Shown here: positions 30,888 through 39,779 of the stretch, in pieces
How the letters are laid out: every line of letters begins with the position of its first letter
Position numbering within the stretch: the stretch's first letter is position 1
NCBI GenBank assembly: GCA_040772485.1
Contig: JAXGYC010000010.1
Span: 352,001 to 416,000 of the forward strand
Direction: 5' to 3'
DNA from: Sedimentisphaerales bacterium
GTDB lineage: Bacteria; Planctomycetota; Phycisphaerae; Sedimentisphaerales; Anaerobacaceae
DNA length: 64,000 bases
The notes under the pieces: generated by a model
What the model was told of the DNA's origin: nothing
The model's input: only the letters and a program-made list of their open reading frames with translations
Databases searched by the model: none
Made by a program: the position numbers and the translations under genes

Positions 30888-31062
30888 GTGGCAGCCTCAG
30901 AGCTTGTCCTGAGCGAAGCCGAACGGATCCGCAGGACTTGGGGATGGCTGAAAGTGTCGGTGTCTCCGGACATGGAAGGCCAAATCGTACCCGCCATCCC
31001 CAAGGCTTCGCTCAGGACGGGCTTTGAGGCTGCCACACGCATGCCAGGATATTCTCACACAC
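30888..31062. repeat. Family A inverted-repeat element, copy 3, carrying family C mini-inserts
   Basis: Same arms as copy 2 with extra AGCTTGTCCTGAGCGAAGCC / GGCTTCGCTCAGGACGGGCT. The tail ends just before the stop codon at 31065. Confidence 0.85.
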
Positions 31063-31064
31063 CG

Positions 31065-32882
31065 CTATTTCCTGCGGCGCGGTTTGGGGGTGGCGAGGCG
31101 GGCGATCTTGGCGAGCAGGTCGGGGCGTTTGCGGTCGCGCAGGAACTCGGCCAGGAGCGTGCGGTTCTCGCTCTGGTAGTACTGCATCAGCGCGGCCTGG
31201 AGGCGCTTTTCCTTTCGGGAGGTGGGGACGTGGATCTTGCGTCCGGCGGCGTCGACGCCGGAGACGTACATCGCCGTCGAGAGCGTCAGCGGGATCGGGA
31301 CAAAGTCCTGGACCTGGCGAGGCCGCCACGAGCGGGACAGGAGGTACTCGGTGAGCTTCATCGCGTCCTCGGGCGTGCAGGCCGGGTGCGCGCTGATGAA
31401 GTACGGCACGAGGTACGCCTCCTTGCCGACACGCCGGCAGGACTCGGTGAACCGCTGCTCGAATTCTTCGAACACCTCAAAATGAGGCTTGCCCATCCGA
31501 TCCAGAACCTCCGGGCAATAATGCTCCGGCGCGACCTTCAGATGACCGCCGACAAAGTGCTTCACGAGCATGTCGAGATAATCGCGGCTTTGCAGGGCCA
31601 GATCGTGCCGAATCCCCGAGGCGACGAAGACGTTGGTTCGCTTCGACCCATCCCGGCTCCAGCGGACAAAGGCCTCCATCATCTCGAGCATCGGGCCGTG
31701 GTCGAACTCGCCCCGTCGGCAAGGCTTCGGGAACAGGCAACTGACCCGCTCGCACGTCTCGCTCCGCGCGCAGTCCATGCCGTACATGTTGGCCGACGGT
31801 CCGCCGAGGTCTTCGATCGTACCGCGAAACTGCGGATGCCGACGAAGCCGATCCGCTTCGGCCAGAAGCGACGGCAGGGATCGCGAGCGAATCTCTTTGC
31901 CCTGGTGACATCCAATGGAACAGAACGAGCAGCCGCCGAAGCAGCCGCGATGGGTCGTGATGGAGAACTGCACCGGCGTCAGTGCCGGCACGCCACCTTG
32001 AGCGTCATATCGCGGGTGCCAGGCGCGGGTGAAAGGCAGATCGTAGAGTGTGTCCAACTCCTGGGCGCTGAGCGGCTCGGCGGAAGGCATCACCACCAGC
32101 GTGCCGGGGTCCTGCTCCTGAACGACCGGTCGCCCTTGCAGCCCGGCCTGCAACTGGTACTGCTGATGGGTCGCGATGAACAGCGATTTGTCGTCGTTCT
32201 GCTGCGACAGCGAAGGCAGACGCACCGCGTTGTCGGGGACCGCGATCCCCTTGTGGGCGATGTACGCTGTGCCGGGGATGTCGGTCAGCTCGTGAATCGA
32301 CCGGCCCGCGTTCAGCCGGGCCGCGACCTCGGCCACGGCCCGTTCGCCCATGCCATGGATCAGCAGGTCGGCCTTGGCGTCGACCAGGACGGACCGCTTG
32401 AGCTGGTCCTCGATGTAGTCGTAATGGACCAGACGCCGGAGGCTGGCTTCCAGCCCGCCCAGCACGATGGGCACGTCGCGATAGGCCTCGCGGACGCGGG
32501 CCGAATAGACCAACAGCGGCCGGCTCGGCCGCAGGCCCGTGACGCCGCCCGGGCTGTAGACGTCCTGCCAGCGCCGGTGGCCCAGCGACGCGTAGTCGTT
32601 CAGCCGCGAATCGATGCAGCCGCTCGTAATCCCCCAGAACAGACGGGGTCTTCCGAATGCCCGGAACGGCTCAACGCTTCGCCAGTCGGGCTGGGCCAGG
32701 ACGGCGACGCGATAGCCCAGCTTCTGGAGCCAGCGTCCGATCAAGGCGGCGCCGAAGGATGGGTGGTCCACGTAGGCATCGGCTGTAATCAGAATGACGT
32801 CCGCCTGGTCCCAACCCCTGCGGCGCAGCTCCTCGGCCGTCGTCGGCAGGAATCGATCAATATACTCGGCGTTCTTGCTCAT
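31065..32882 (-). CDS. ygiQ: YgiQ-family radical SAM protein
   Basis: [52 protein letters not shown] and PYFISAHP motifs. Confidence 0.9.
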   Translation of the reverse strand: MSKNAEYIDRFLPTTAEELRRRGWDQADVILITADAYVDHPSFGAALIGRWLQKLGYRVAVLAQPDWRSVEPFRAFGRPRLFWGITSGCIDSRLNDYASLGHRRWQDVYSPGGVTGLRPSRPLLVYSARVREAYRDVPIVLGGLEASLRRLVHYDYIEDQLKRSVLVDAKADLLIHGMGERAVAEVAARLNAGRSIHELTDIPGTAYIAHKGIAVPDNAVRLPSLSQQNDDKSLFIATHQQYQLQAGLQGRPVVQEQDPGTLVVMPSAEPLSAQELDTLYDLPFTRAWHPRYDAQGGVPALTPVQFSITTHRGCFGGCSFCSIGCHQGKEIRSRSLPSLLAEADRLRRHPQFRGTIEDLGGPSANMYGMDCARSETCERVSCLFPKPCRRGEFDHGPMLEMMEAFVRWSRDGSKRTNVFVASGIRHDLALQSRDYLDMLVKHFVGGHLKVAPEHYCPEVLDRMGKPHFEVFEEFEQRFTESCRRVGKEAYLVPYFISAHPACTPEDAMKLTEYLLSRSWRPRQVQDFVPIPLTLSTAMYVSGVDAAGRKIHVPTSRKEKRLQAALMQYYQSENRTLLAEFLRDRKRPDLLAKIARLATPKPRRRK

Positions 32883-32888
32883 GGGACG

Positions 32889-32897
32889 ATTATACCA
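32889..32897 (-). promoter_or_regulatory. Extended -10 promoter, probably giving a leaderless ygiQ mRNA
   Basis: Minus strand TGgTATAAT ends 6 nt before the ATG; no SD. Confidence 0.6.
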
Positions 32898-33073
32898 CGG
32901 GGCCGCTGGCGATGTTCGGAACACCGAATGCCAATCGCCAACCCTCAGCCGTACGAATCATATTTTCGGAAAGATCCTCGCCCGCAGACGGCGATTCTGT
33001 TATTCTGATGTCGGCTTCCTGATCCTGGTGCCGTGCCGGGCTTTTGATCCGGCTTACCGCAGGAGCGTCGAGA

Positions 33074-33370
33074 ATGACACATGACGAAGCGCTCATGCTG
33101 ATCATCTCCTGTGCGGTGGTCGTCGAGATCGTCGCGACGTACCGCCACCTTCGGAAGATTCCGCACGCATTGCTGATCCTCGGCAGTTTCGCCGGTCTGG
33201 TCCTGGGCAGCCTGAGCACCGTGGTCGAAGGCTTCCTCTGGGCCGAGCTGTTCAACTGGCTGGAGCACCTAGCGTTGATGGCAGGAGCGATCCTGCTGAC
33301 CCTGTGGTGCGCTCTCGTGTTCGGACCCTGGAACCGGAGGGTCCCTGATGCGCCCGATGGCATATCTTGA
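33074..33370 (+). CDS. Small three-TM membrane protein
   Basis: AGGAG SD; three hydrophobic helices; overlaps the kinase start. Confidence 0.7.
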   Translation: MTHDEALMLIISCAVVVEIVATYRHLRKIPHALLILGSFAGLVLGSLSTVVEGFLWAELFNWLEHLALMAGAILLTLWCALVFGPWNRRVPDAPDGIS

Positions 33371-34340
33371 TCTGATATCTTTTACTGCCAGTGCAATCGC
33401 GGCGGCGTTTATCGTTCGCGGCTGCAAGCGGACGAGCTTTGCGCCGGCGGTCCCGATCCTCCTGGCCGTTCTGCTGGCCCTGATGGCGTGCTACCACGCC
33501 GCCCTTTTCCTCGAGTGGTCGGGGCTGACCGCCGGACTGGACTGGGTGGAGGACATCGCGGGGCTCTTCATCCCCTTCACCTGGGCCTTCGTCCTGTATG
33601 CGTTCGTCAAGAACACCGTCGAGGACGAGCTGCGAGCCTACCAGCAGAGGCTTCGATCGCTGGCGTCGGAGTTGTCCCTGACCGAGGAACGCGAGCGGCG
33701 ACGGATTGCCGCGGGACTCCATGACTACGCCTGTCAGAACCTCGTTCTGTCCAAGATGAAGCTCCAGGGCTTGCCTGTGACCGAGACGGACGAGGTCGAA
33801 GGCATCTGCGATACCATCGATAAGACAATCGAAAGCGTGCGCGGGCTGATCTTCGATCTCAGTTCGCCGACGCTGTACAAGTTCGGCCTCGAAGCGGCTC
33901 TGGAGGAACTGCTGGAGGATAAGGTGAAGGCCCAGTACGGCATCGACTGCACCTTTCGCGACGACGGCGCCGCCAAACCGCTGGCGGAAGACATCCGCAT
34001 CGTGCTGTTCCAGTCCGTTCGCGAACTGCTGATCAACACCATCAAGCACGCGCAGGCCCGCGCCGTGACCGTGGACATCGGGCGTCTCGATGGCTCGATC
34101 CAGATCAAGGTGACGGACGATGGGATCGGCTTTGACGTGGAGGAGGCCCTGACCGGCACTTCGCATCGTCGGGGGTTCGGCCTGTTCCACATCCGCGAAC
34201 GCCTGGATTTCCTCGGCGGCCGTCTCGACATGGAGTCCCGGCCCGGCCGGGGAAGCCGCTTCACACTCCTGGCCCCTCTGGAGACAGGGACCACCGTCGC
34301 TCGCAAGACCCCCGACAGCTCCGAGGACTCCGCCCGCTGA
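33348..34340 (+). CDS. Membrane sensor histidine kinase (HisKA_3, NarX/DegS type)
   Basis: EERERRRIA..LHD H-box, ELL.N..KHA, DDGIGF and GFGL..IRER motifs. Confidence 0.9.
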   Translation: MRPMAYLDLISFTASAIAAAFIVRGCKRTSFAPAVPILLAVLLALMACYHAALFLEWSGLTAGLDWVEDIAGLFIPFTWAFVLYAFVKNTVEDELRAYQQRLRSLASELSLTEERERRRIAAGLHDYACQNLVLSKMKLQGLPVTETDEVEGICDTIDKTIESVRGLIFDLSSPTLYKFGLEAALEELLEDKVKAQYGIDCTFRDDGAAKPLAEDIRIVLFQSVRELLINTIKHAQARAVTVDIGRLDGSIQIKVTDDGIGFDVEEALTGTSHRRGFGLFHIRERLDFLGGRLDMESRPGRGSRFTLLAPLETGTTVARKTPDSSEDSAR

Positions 34341-34432
34341 CGCGATCGGGTCTGGCACCGCATTCCAATCTTCAGATCGATCCCGATCGAAGCGCGTCAG
34401 GACGGGAAATCCACGCGTCGTCGGATTCCGGG

Positions 34433-34460
34433 TTGACATTGGGCGCACAAGAGATACTAT
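34433..34460 (+). promoter_or_regulatory. sigma70 promoter, probably giving a leaderless padR-like mRNA
   Basis: TTGACA, 16 nt, TACTAT, ending 6 nt before ATG 34467. Confidence 0.6.
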
Positions 34461-34466
34461 TGGAGT

Positions 34467-34862
34467 ATGTCGAATAGTTGCCGCCAGCTTCGTCACTGCG
34501 TCTGCACGGGCCGGTCTCTGGACCGGATGCTGCGTCCGGCAGTTCTGACGGTCTTGTGCGATCACCGGCAGGGCCTGCACGGGTACGCCATTGAGAAGCA
34601 GTTGCAGGTCTTCGGTTTCTTCCGCGAGCAGTTGCCCGACTACACAGGACTCTACCGGCTCCTGAAACGCATGGAGGCCGAGGGTCTGCTCTCGTCGACG
34701 GAGCAAGATTCGCAGGCCGGGCCCTCCAGGCGCATGTTCCGGCTTACCAACCGAGGCGAGAACTGCCTGTCGCGCTGGTTCGCCAGTCTCACGGAGTATC
34801 GGCGGATGCTCGACGACCTGCTCGGGCATATCGGCAGGAGTATAGAAGGCAGAGTGACCTGA
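34467..34862 (+). CDS. PadR-family transcriptional regulator with Cys-rich N-terminus
   Basis: LHGY.I, GLYR.LKRME.EGL and GPSRR.F.LT..G motifs; N-terminal CRQLRHCVC. Confidence 0.88.
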   Translation: MSNSCRQLRHCVCTGRSLDRMLRPAVLTVLCDHRQGLHGYAIEKQLQVFGFFREQLPDYTGLYRLLKRMEAEGLLSSTEQDSQAGPSRRMFRLTNRGENCLSRWFASLTEYRRMLDDLLGHIGRSIEGRVT

Positions 34863-34946
34863 TTGGGTCAAGCAGGAGCCAGCCGCTACAGTCTCGGCCC
34901 TCCAACTTGATATTGAGACGTTGGAGCTGTTGTCAGGGGAGAAACA

Positions 34947-36014
34947 ATGTCACGGGACGAACGGATTAAGGGGCTGCTGGCTGATGCGGCCGAGGGGCGG
35001 GCGATCAGCAAGGCGGAGGCGAAGACGCTCCTTTCGCTGCCGGAGAACTCCCTCGAAGCCGCCCTGCTGCGGTCGACGGCCGACCAAGTGTCACGCCGGC
35101 GTTTCGGAAACCACGCCCTGCTGCTCGGCCAGATCGGCGTGGACATGGAACCGTGCGACGGCGATTGCGCCTTCTGCTTCTTCGCCAAATCGCACACAAG
35201 CATCCAGGCGTCGGTGTTGCCGACCGAGGAGGTCATCGCCCGCTGCGAACGGTTTGCGGCCGGCGGGGCCCGGGGCGTCTTCCTGATGACGATGCACCGG
35301 TTCGGGTTCGAGTGGTTTCGCGACCTGTGCGTGACGCTGCGCCGTTCGATCCCCGCCCATCTGGAGATCCTCGCCAACGTCGGGGACGTAAATCTGTCGC
35401 AACTGCGCGAGCTGCGTGACGTGGGTGTCAGCGGCGCCTATCACGTCTGCCGGCTCCGCGAAGGAATCGATTCGTGCATGACGGCCGCACAGCGACGGGC
35501 GACCATCGAGCGGATCCTCGAGTCCGGCATGGCGTGGTACAACCTCTGCGAGCCGATCGGGCCGGAGCACACCGCCGACGAGCTGGCCGAACAGATATGG
35601 CTCGGGGTCGAGCTGCCCTGCCGCCAGCACGGGGCGATGCAGCGGTTCCCTGTCCCCGGCTCGCCGCTCTATGCCCACGGACAGATTTCCCTTGCGCGGC
35701 TCGGCCAGATCGTCGCGGTCGTCGCCCTGGCGACCGCCCACAAGAAGGAGACCGCCAGCATCGCGGTGAACGTGTCCAACATCGTGGGCCTGTTCAGCGG
35801 CGCCAACGCCTTCTTCCCGGAGGCCGGCGAGCCGCTGGCCGAAGATCGTCCGCCGGACCATCCCGCTGGGCCGGAGGGCTTTACCACCGCCCTGTGGCGC
35901 CAGAGCAACGAGATCACCACCGCCGACTGCCGCAACATGCTCACCGCCGCCGGCTTCTCGCACCTGATGGACACTCTGGGAAACCCGTGCAGAACCCTGT
36001 GCGCCGATGCCTGA
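34947..36014 (+). CDS. Radical SAM protein, BioB/HydE-like subgroup, unknown substrate
   Basis: CxxxCxxC (CDGDCAFC); BioB-like N-terminus; GANA near the C-terminus. Confidence 0.82.
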   Translation: MSRDERIKGLLADAAEGRAISKAEAKTLLSLPENSLEAALLRSTADQVSRRRFGNHALLLGQIGVDMEPCDGDCAFCFFAKSHTSIQASVLPTEEVIARCERFAAGGARGVFLMTMHRFGFEWFRDLCVTLRRSIPAHLEILANVGDVNLSQLRELRDVGVSGAYHVCRLREGIDSCMTAAQRRATIERILESGMAWYNLCEPIGPEHTADELAEQIWLGVELPCRQHGAMQRFPVPGSPLYAHGQISLARLGQIVAVVALATAHKKETASIAVNVSNIVGLFSGANAFFPEAGEPLAEDRPPDHPAGPEGFTTALWRQSNEITTADCRNMLTAAGFSHLMDTLGNPCRTLCADA

Positions 36015-36082
36015 TCTGCTGCGCGCACCTTACGCGTGAGGCAATAATTCACCCTGCGAACTGGTCCCAAAGGGTGTCCAAC

Positions 36083-37336
36083 TCAGTAGCTGCAATCGAT
36101 CGAGACTACGCGGCTGTTTTCGAGATCGACTACGGTCGTCACCAGGTCGCACCATGCGTCCATAATCCCGGCGGTGAGCCCGTCACGGGGCGGCGTATCC
36201 AGGCTGGCAAAGTACATATTGCAGATGAGGTATTTACGTCCCTGTCGGAGAAAGCCGGCGTACTCGCGATGGTACTGCGTGAAGTGTTCGAGGATGTACT
36301 CCATAGAGGAATGAGATTTCGTGGCGAGAGGATCGCTGGCCTTGACCGCCGCTTCGAGGTCCAGGCCCTCGATGTCATTGCGGCTGGGCGTCCAGACGTG
36401 GTCGAATTCGATTCCGTGCCCGGCGAGGAACCCGCCCACCGTGGCCGGAAGGGTGAAGATGACCTCATAGGGGCTCTGCCCGTCGGCATGCAAGACGACC
36501 ATGTTGGGTTCGTCGGGTCGTCGCATGCAGTCGAGCGGTGTCTGCCCGAGATCGTTCCGCGCATTCGGGTCCCCCTTCCGCTCCCTCAGCAGAGCGAAGA
36601 GGCTGGCATAGCCATTGACTGCCGCAATATGCAGAGGCGTGTCGCCCACCTGATCGGCACTGTTGATGTCCGCGCCATGGTCCAGAAGGAAGGTTGCCAT
36701 TTCAGTGTGGTTCGCCCAGACGGCACTATGCAGAGGCGTAGAGCCCCTCGCGGTCTGGGCATTGATGTCTGCCCCATGGGAGAGAAAAAGGCTTGCCCAC
36801 TTCGTCAGGCCTTCGGCGGCCGCCCCGTGCAACACGGTGCCCCCGCCATCCGCCGACAACCTGGGATCGGCGCCGGCGTCGAGCAGAATCTCGATCACCT
36901 CGTCGCGCCACACACGCCGAGCGCCCCACATGGCGTACTGCAGAGCGGTACATGCTCCGATGCGCCCATCTCTGACGTTGACGTCGGCTCCGCCGTCGAT
37001 CAGCCTGCGGATGACCGCCCCGTGGCCCTCGGTAATGGCCATGTGAAGAGGCGGGCCGTATGGGCCATCGGCATCTGGATCGGCGCCGTATTTCAAGAGC
37101 AGTTCCACCATGGCCGCGTGGCCTTGGTCAACTGCCCTATGGATCGGCATCCACCCATGACGATCCAGCGCGTTGGGACTAGCCGCGCCGACGGCCAGAA
37201 GGCGGCGCAGGCGAGAGAGGTCCCCACTGCTGACCGCCTTGTGAATTGGCAGTTCGCCGTCCGATCGCGAGGGCTGTCGCTTGCAGCCGCAGAACAGAAC
37301 AAGCAATGCCAGCCAGACCAATCCCGCACGTCTCAT
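36083..37336 (-). CDS. Ankyrin-repeat lipoprotein with C-terminal unknown domain
   Basis: Lipobox FCGC; about 7-8 G.TPLH.A...G....LL..GAD repeats. Confidence 0.85.
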   Translation of the reverse strand: MRRAGLVWLALLVLFCGCKRQPSRSDGELPIHKAVSSGDLSRLRRLLAVGAASPNALDRHGWMPIHRAVDQGHAAMVELLLKYGADPDADGPYGPPLHMAITEGHGAVIRRLIDGGADVNVRDGRIGACTALQYAMWGARRVWRDEVIEILLDAGADPRLSADGGGTVLHGAAAEGLTKWASLFLSHGADINAQTARGSTPLHSAVWANHTEMATFLLDHGADINSADQVGDTPLHIAAVNGYASLFALLRERKGDPNARNDLGQTPLDCMRRPDEPNMVVLHADGQSPYEVIFTLPATVGGFLAGHGIEFDHVWTPSRNDIEGLDLEAAVKASDPLATKSHSSMEYILEHFTQYHREYAGFLRQGRKYLICNMYFASLDTPPRDGLTAGIMDAWCDLVTTVVDLENSRVVSIDCSY

Positions 37337-37552
37337 CTCCGGCTCCTTCAAACAAGAACGCACCCTGTCCGCTACATATAAGGCACAAGCCGGAGGCAAA
37401 GCAACAGGGGAATTTCGCGGAGGCGGCAGTCAGGCACTGGTCCGCGCCGGTGATGCAGAGTGGGAAATAGAAAGGGGACATCGCACCCGGCTGTCGCGGT
37501 TCGTATGGATGCGACAACGGGGCGGATGTCCCCGGAATCGACGCAGTCGATT

Positions 37553-38449
37553 TCAGAAGTGATGCACCCAGCGGACCTGGAAGCGGTCGCCTTCGGGACG
37601 ATTCTTGACGCTGGTCTCGAAGTAGGCGTTGAAGAACAGATGGTCGTTCTGCGAGAAGCTGTACATCGCGCCGGGTCCGATGCCCAGGACCTGTTCGCGG
37701 CCGGAGACCTCCTCGCCGTCCACTTCCGAGTCGGTCACCTGCTTGAGGTAGTAGCCGTTGACGCCGGCCCGCAGCTTCTTGGGAATCAACTCATACGAGG
37801 CGGCGAAGTTGCAGTGGACCGCCTGGCCCGGCTGGACCTCCGTGTCATCGTTCTCATCGTTCCAGAGGTAGTGCACACGCCAGGACGCGGTGAGCTTGGG
37901 CGTGAAGAAGTAGGTGCCCGCCCAGTACGGATTGAACGAGAAGTGGTTGTTGCCGGGGTTCAGTCCCTTGTCGTCGTCGTATTTGCCCGTGGGCCAGATG
38001 GTCTGGAGCTCGACGCGGTGCATGAACTTGGGACCGTTGGCGCCCATGATCGGGTCCCACTGGAGGTACGGGCCAACGAGAATGTCGCCCACGCCGGTCC
38101 CGTTGTCGTCCAGGAGGCTGACGGCGTCGAAGCTGACGACCGGGACGATCACATCAAGGCCCCACTTGCCGCCGAACAGGATCGGGCGATCGGACTGGTA
38201 AATGAACTGGCTCAGACTGACCCACACATCCAGCTCCGGATCGAACGGAGGACCGTCGACCAGCTCATCGGCCGTGTAGTACTGGATGTACTCCGCGAAG
38301 TAAAAGCCGGGTCCAGCCGGCGGACCGCCATCCATGAAACTGGTGAAACCGAGGTTGACCGCCGGCTGATCGAACGCCGCAGCCGGCAGCGCCAGCAGGG
38401 ACACGAGCAACAGGCCCGCGCCGAACATAGATGGACGACAGCATTTCAT
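37553..38449 (-). CDS. Outer-membrane channel, SphA/phenol MetA-pathway family
   Basis: AGGAGG SD and signal peptide; G.GD..VGP, PTGKY, N.GNN and GYYLKQ.TD motifs; C-terminal Phe. Confidence 0.82.
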   Translation of the reverse strand: MKCCRPSMFGAGLLLVSLLALPAAAFDQPAVNLGFTSFMDGGPPAGPGFYFAEYIQYYTADELVDGPPFDPELDVWVSLSQFIYQSDRPILFGGKWGLDVIVPVVSFDAVSLLDDNGTGVGDILVGPYLQWDPIMGANGPKFMHRVELQTIWPTGKYDDDKGLNPGNNHFSFNPYWAGTYFFTPKLTASWRVHYLWNDENDDTEVQPGQAVHCNFAASYELIPKKLRAGVNGYYLKQVTDSEVDGEEVSGREQVLGIGPGAMYSFSQNDHLFFNAYFETSVKNRPEGDRFQVRWVHHF

Positions 38450-38696
38450 AGCTTACCTCCTAAAACGGACACACATTGGCCTTCTTACACGAGAATCCGT
38501 TGAAAACCAGTCGCATGTTAATATCGGAAGTCCGTTCCCTGCGCGGCCACATTTTACCGACCTTTTTCCCCCGCGGCGAGTCCGAAATCGACACATTCTG
38601 CGCCGGTCGGACAAACGCCCGATTCCTCCGCAGCCCCTTTTCCAGCGTCCGGGAAAGCTCACCGCAAGAGGCAAACGTCCGATATCGCGTTAACTC

Positions 38697-39779
38697 CTAT
38701 GGCAGAAAGGACTTGGCGGCCGCCAGCTTCTCGGGCAGGTAGTGCTCGATCACGTAGTTGAGGTCGTGGACCGCAAAGGCCTGCTGCTCGGCCCTGACGC
38801 CCATGTCGAGCAATTGCTGGATGGCGTCCTGCCAGGGCTTGAAGTGCTGGACGAACGGGTCATTCTTCAGCGCATCCTTGGCCCGCTTGACGTCGACCTC
38901 CTTGAGGGGGTGGGTGGGGAGTTTGTAGTCGACGATGTCCTGGGGCGTGACTCCGAGAAAGCTGGCGTTGGGCACGCAGAAATAGCGGTTGATGTGTGCG
39001 GCGTTGCCCGAGCCAACCTTGAGGGTGCGGTAGATGTTGAACATCCCGTACGGATCGCAGTCTACGAAGGCGTAGACGGGCAGCTTCAGCTCGTCGGCCA
39101 GCCGACGGATGAAACGCCGGCACGCCCGCGTCGGCACGCCGCCCATCGAGACGAGGATGCAGTTGGCCTTGCGCCAGTAGCTGTGCTTGACGAGCCGCTG
39201 GAACATGCCGGCCGTCTCGATGGCGAGGATGAACTTGGCCTTGGTCTCGAACTTCAGGTGCTCGACCGAGATCGGGATCGAATAGGCGCCGGAGCCGAAC
39301 TGCGTGCAGTCGATCCGCAGAGGCTTGCCCGTGTCGGGCTGGCGATCGAAGACCACAAGCTGGCCGGCGATCTCGCCGCCCTTCTCTTCCGGGATGAAAC
39401 CGAGCTGCTCGCGGTTGACCTCGAACAGCGCCTCGATGTCGTCGAGCACGGTGTCCGATTCCGGCTGCTCGTCGAACCGCGCATCGTCCCAGTTCTTCGA
39501 GACGTAATATGCCTCTCGCTTGGTCATGATCTCGTCGTCCTCGACGAGCGTCTTGGCGGTGGACATCATGCGCAGCGTCTGGGCGAACGTCTTGACGGTT
39601 GCGACGGTCAGCGTGCGGGTCTTCCGCTTGCCCCGCAGTTCGAGAAAGCCGGTCTTCGGCAGGTACTTCACGTTGCTCAACGCGCGCAGCGGGAAAGACA
39701 GCGTGGGCTTGCCCTTGTGCTGAATCTTGTCCCGAACGGAGGCGGCGGTGTCCTTGATTCGATTGGCCAGCTTGCTCAC
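38697..39779 (-). CDS. top6A: DNA topoisomerase VI subunit A (Spo11 homologue)
   Basis: REAYY (catalytic Tyr), F.EQ.ESD, Toprim AIE..GMF.RL, GVP.RA.RRF and DCDPYG motifs. GTG start overlaps the top6B stop. Confidence 0.93.
   Translation of the reverse strand: MSKLANRIKDTAASVRDKIQHKGKPTLSFPLRALSNVKYLPKTGFLELRGKRKTRTLTVATVKTFAQTLRMMSTAKTLVEDDEIMTKREAYYVSKNWDDARFDEQPESDTVLDDIEALFEVNREQLGFIPEEKGGEIAGQLVVFDRQPDTGKPLRIDCTQFGSGAYSIPISVEHLKFETKAKFILAIETAGMFQRLVKHSYWRKANCILVSMGGVPTRACRRFIRRLADELKLPVYAFVDCDPYGMFNIYRTLKVGSGNAAHINRYFCVPNASFLGVTPQDIVDYKLPTHPLKEVDVKRAKDALKNDPFVQHFKPWQDAIQQLLDMGVRAEQQAFAVHDLNYVIEHYLPEKLAAAKSFLP

Noticed and set aside
34947..36014. Calling this bioB, hydE or pylB
   Set aside because: Only the generic CxxxCxxC and fold-level similarity are visible, and no pathway genes are nearby.
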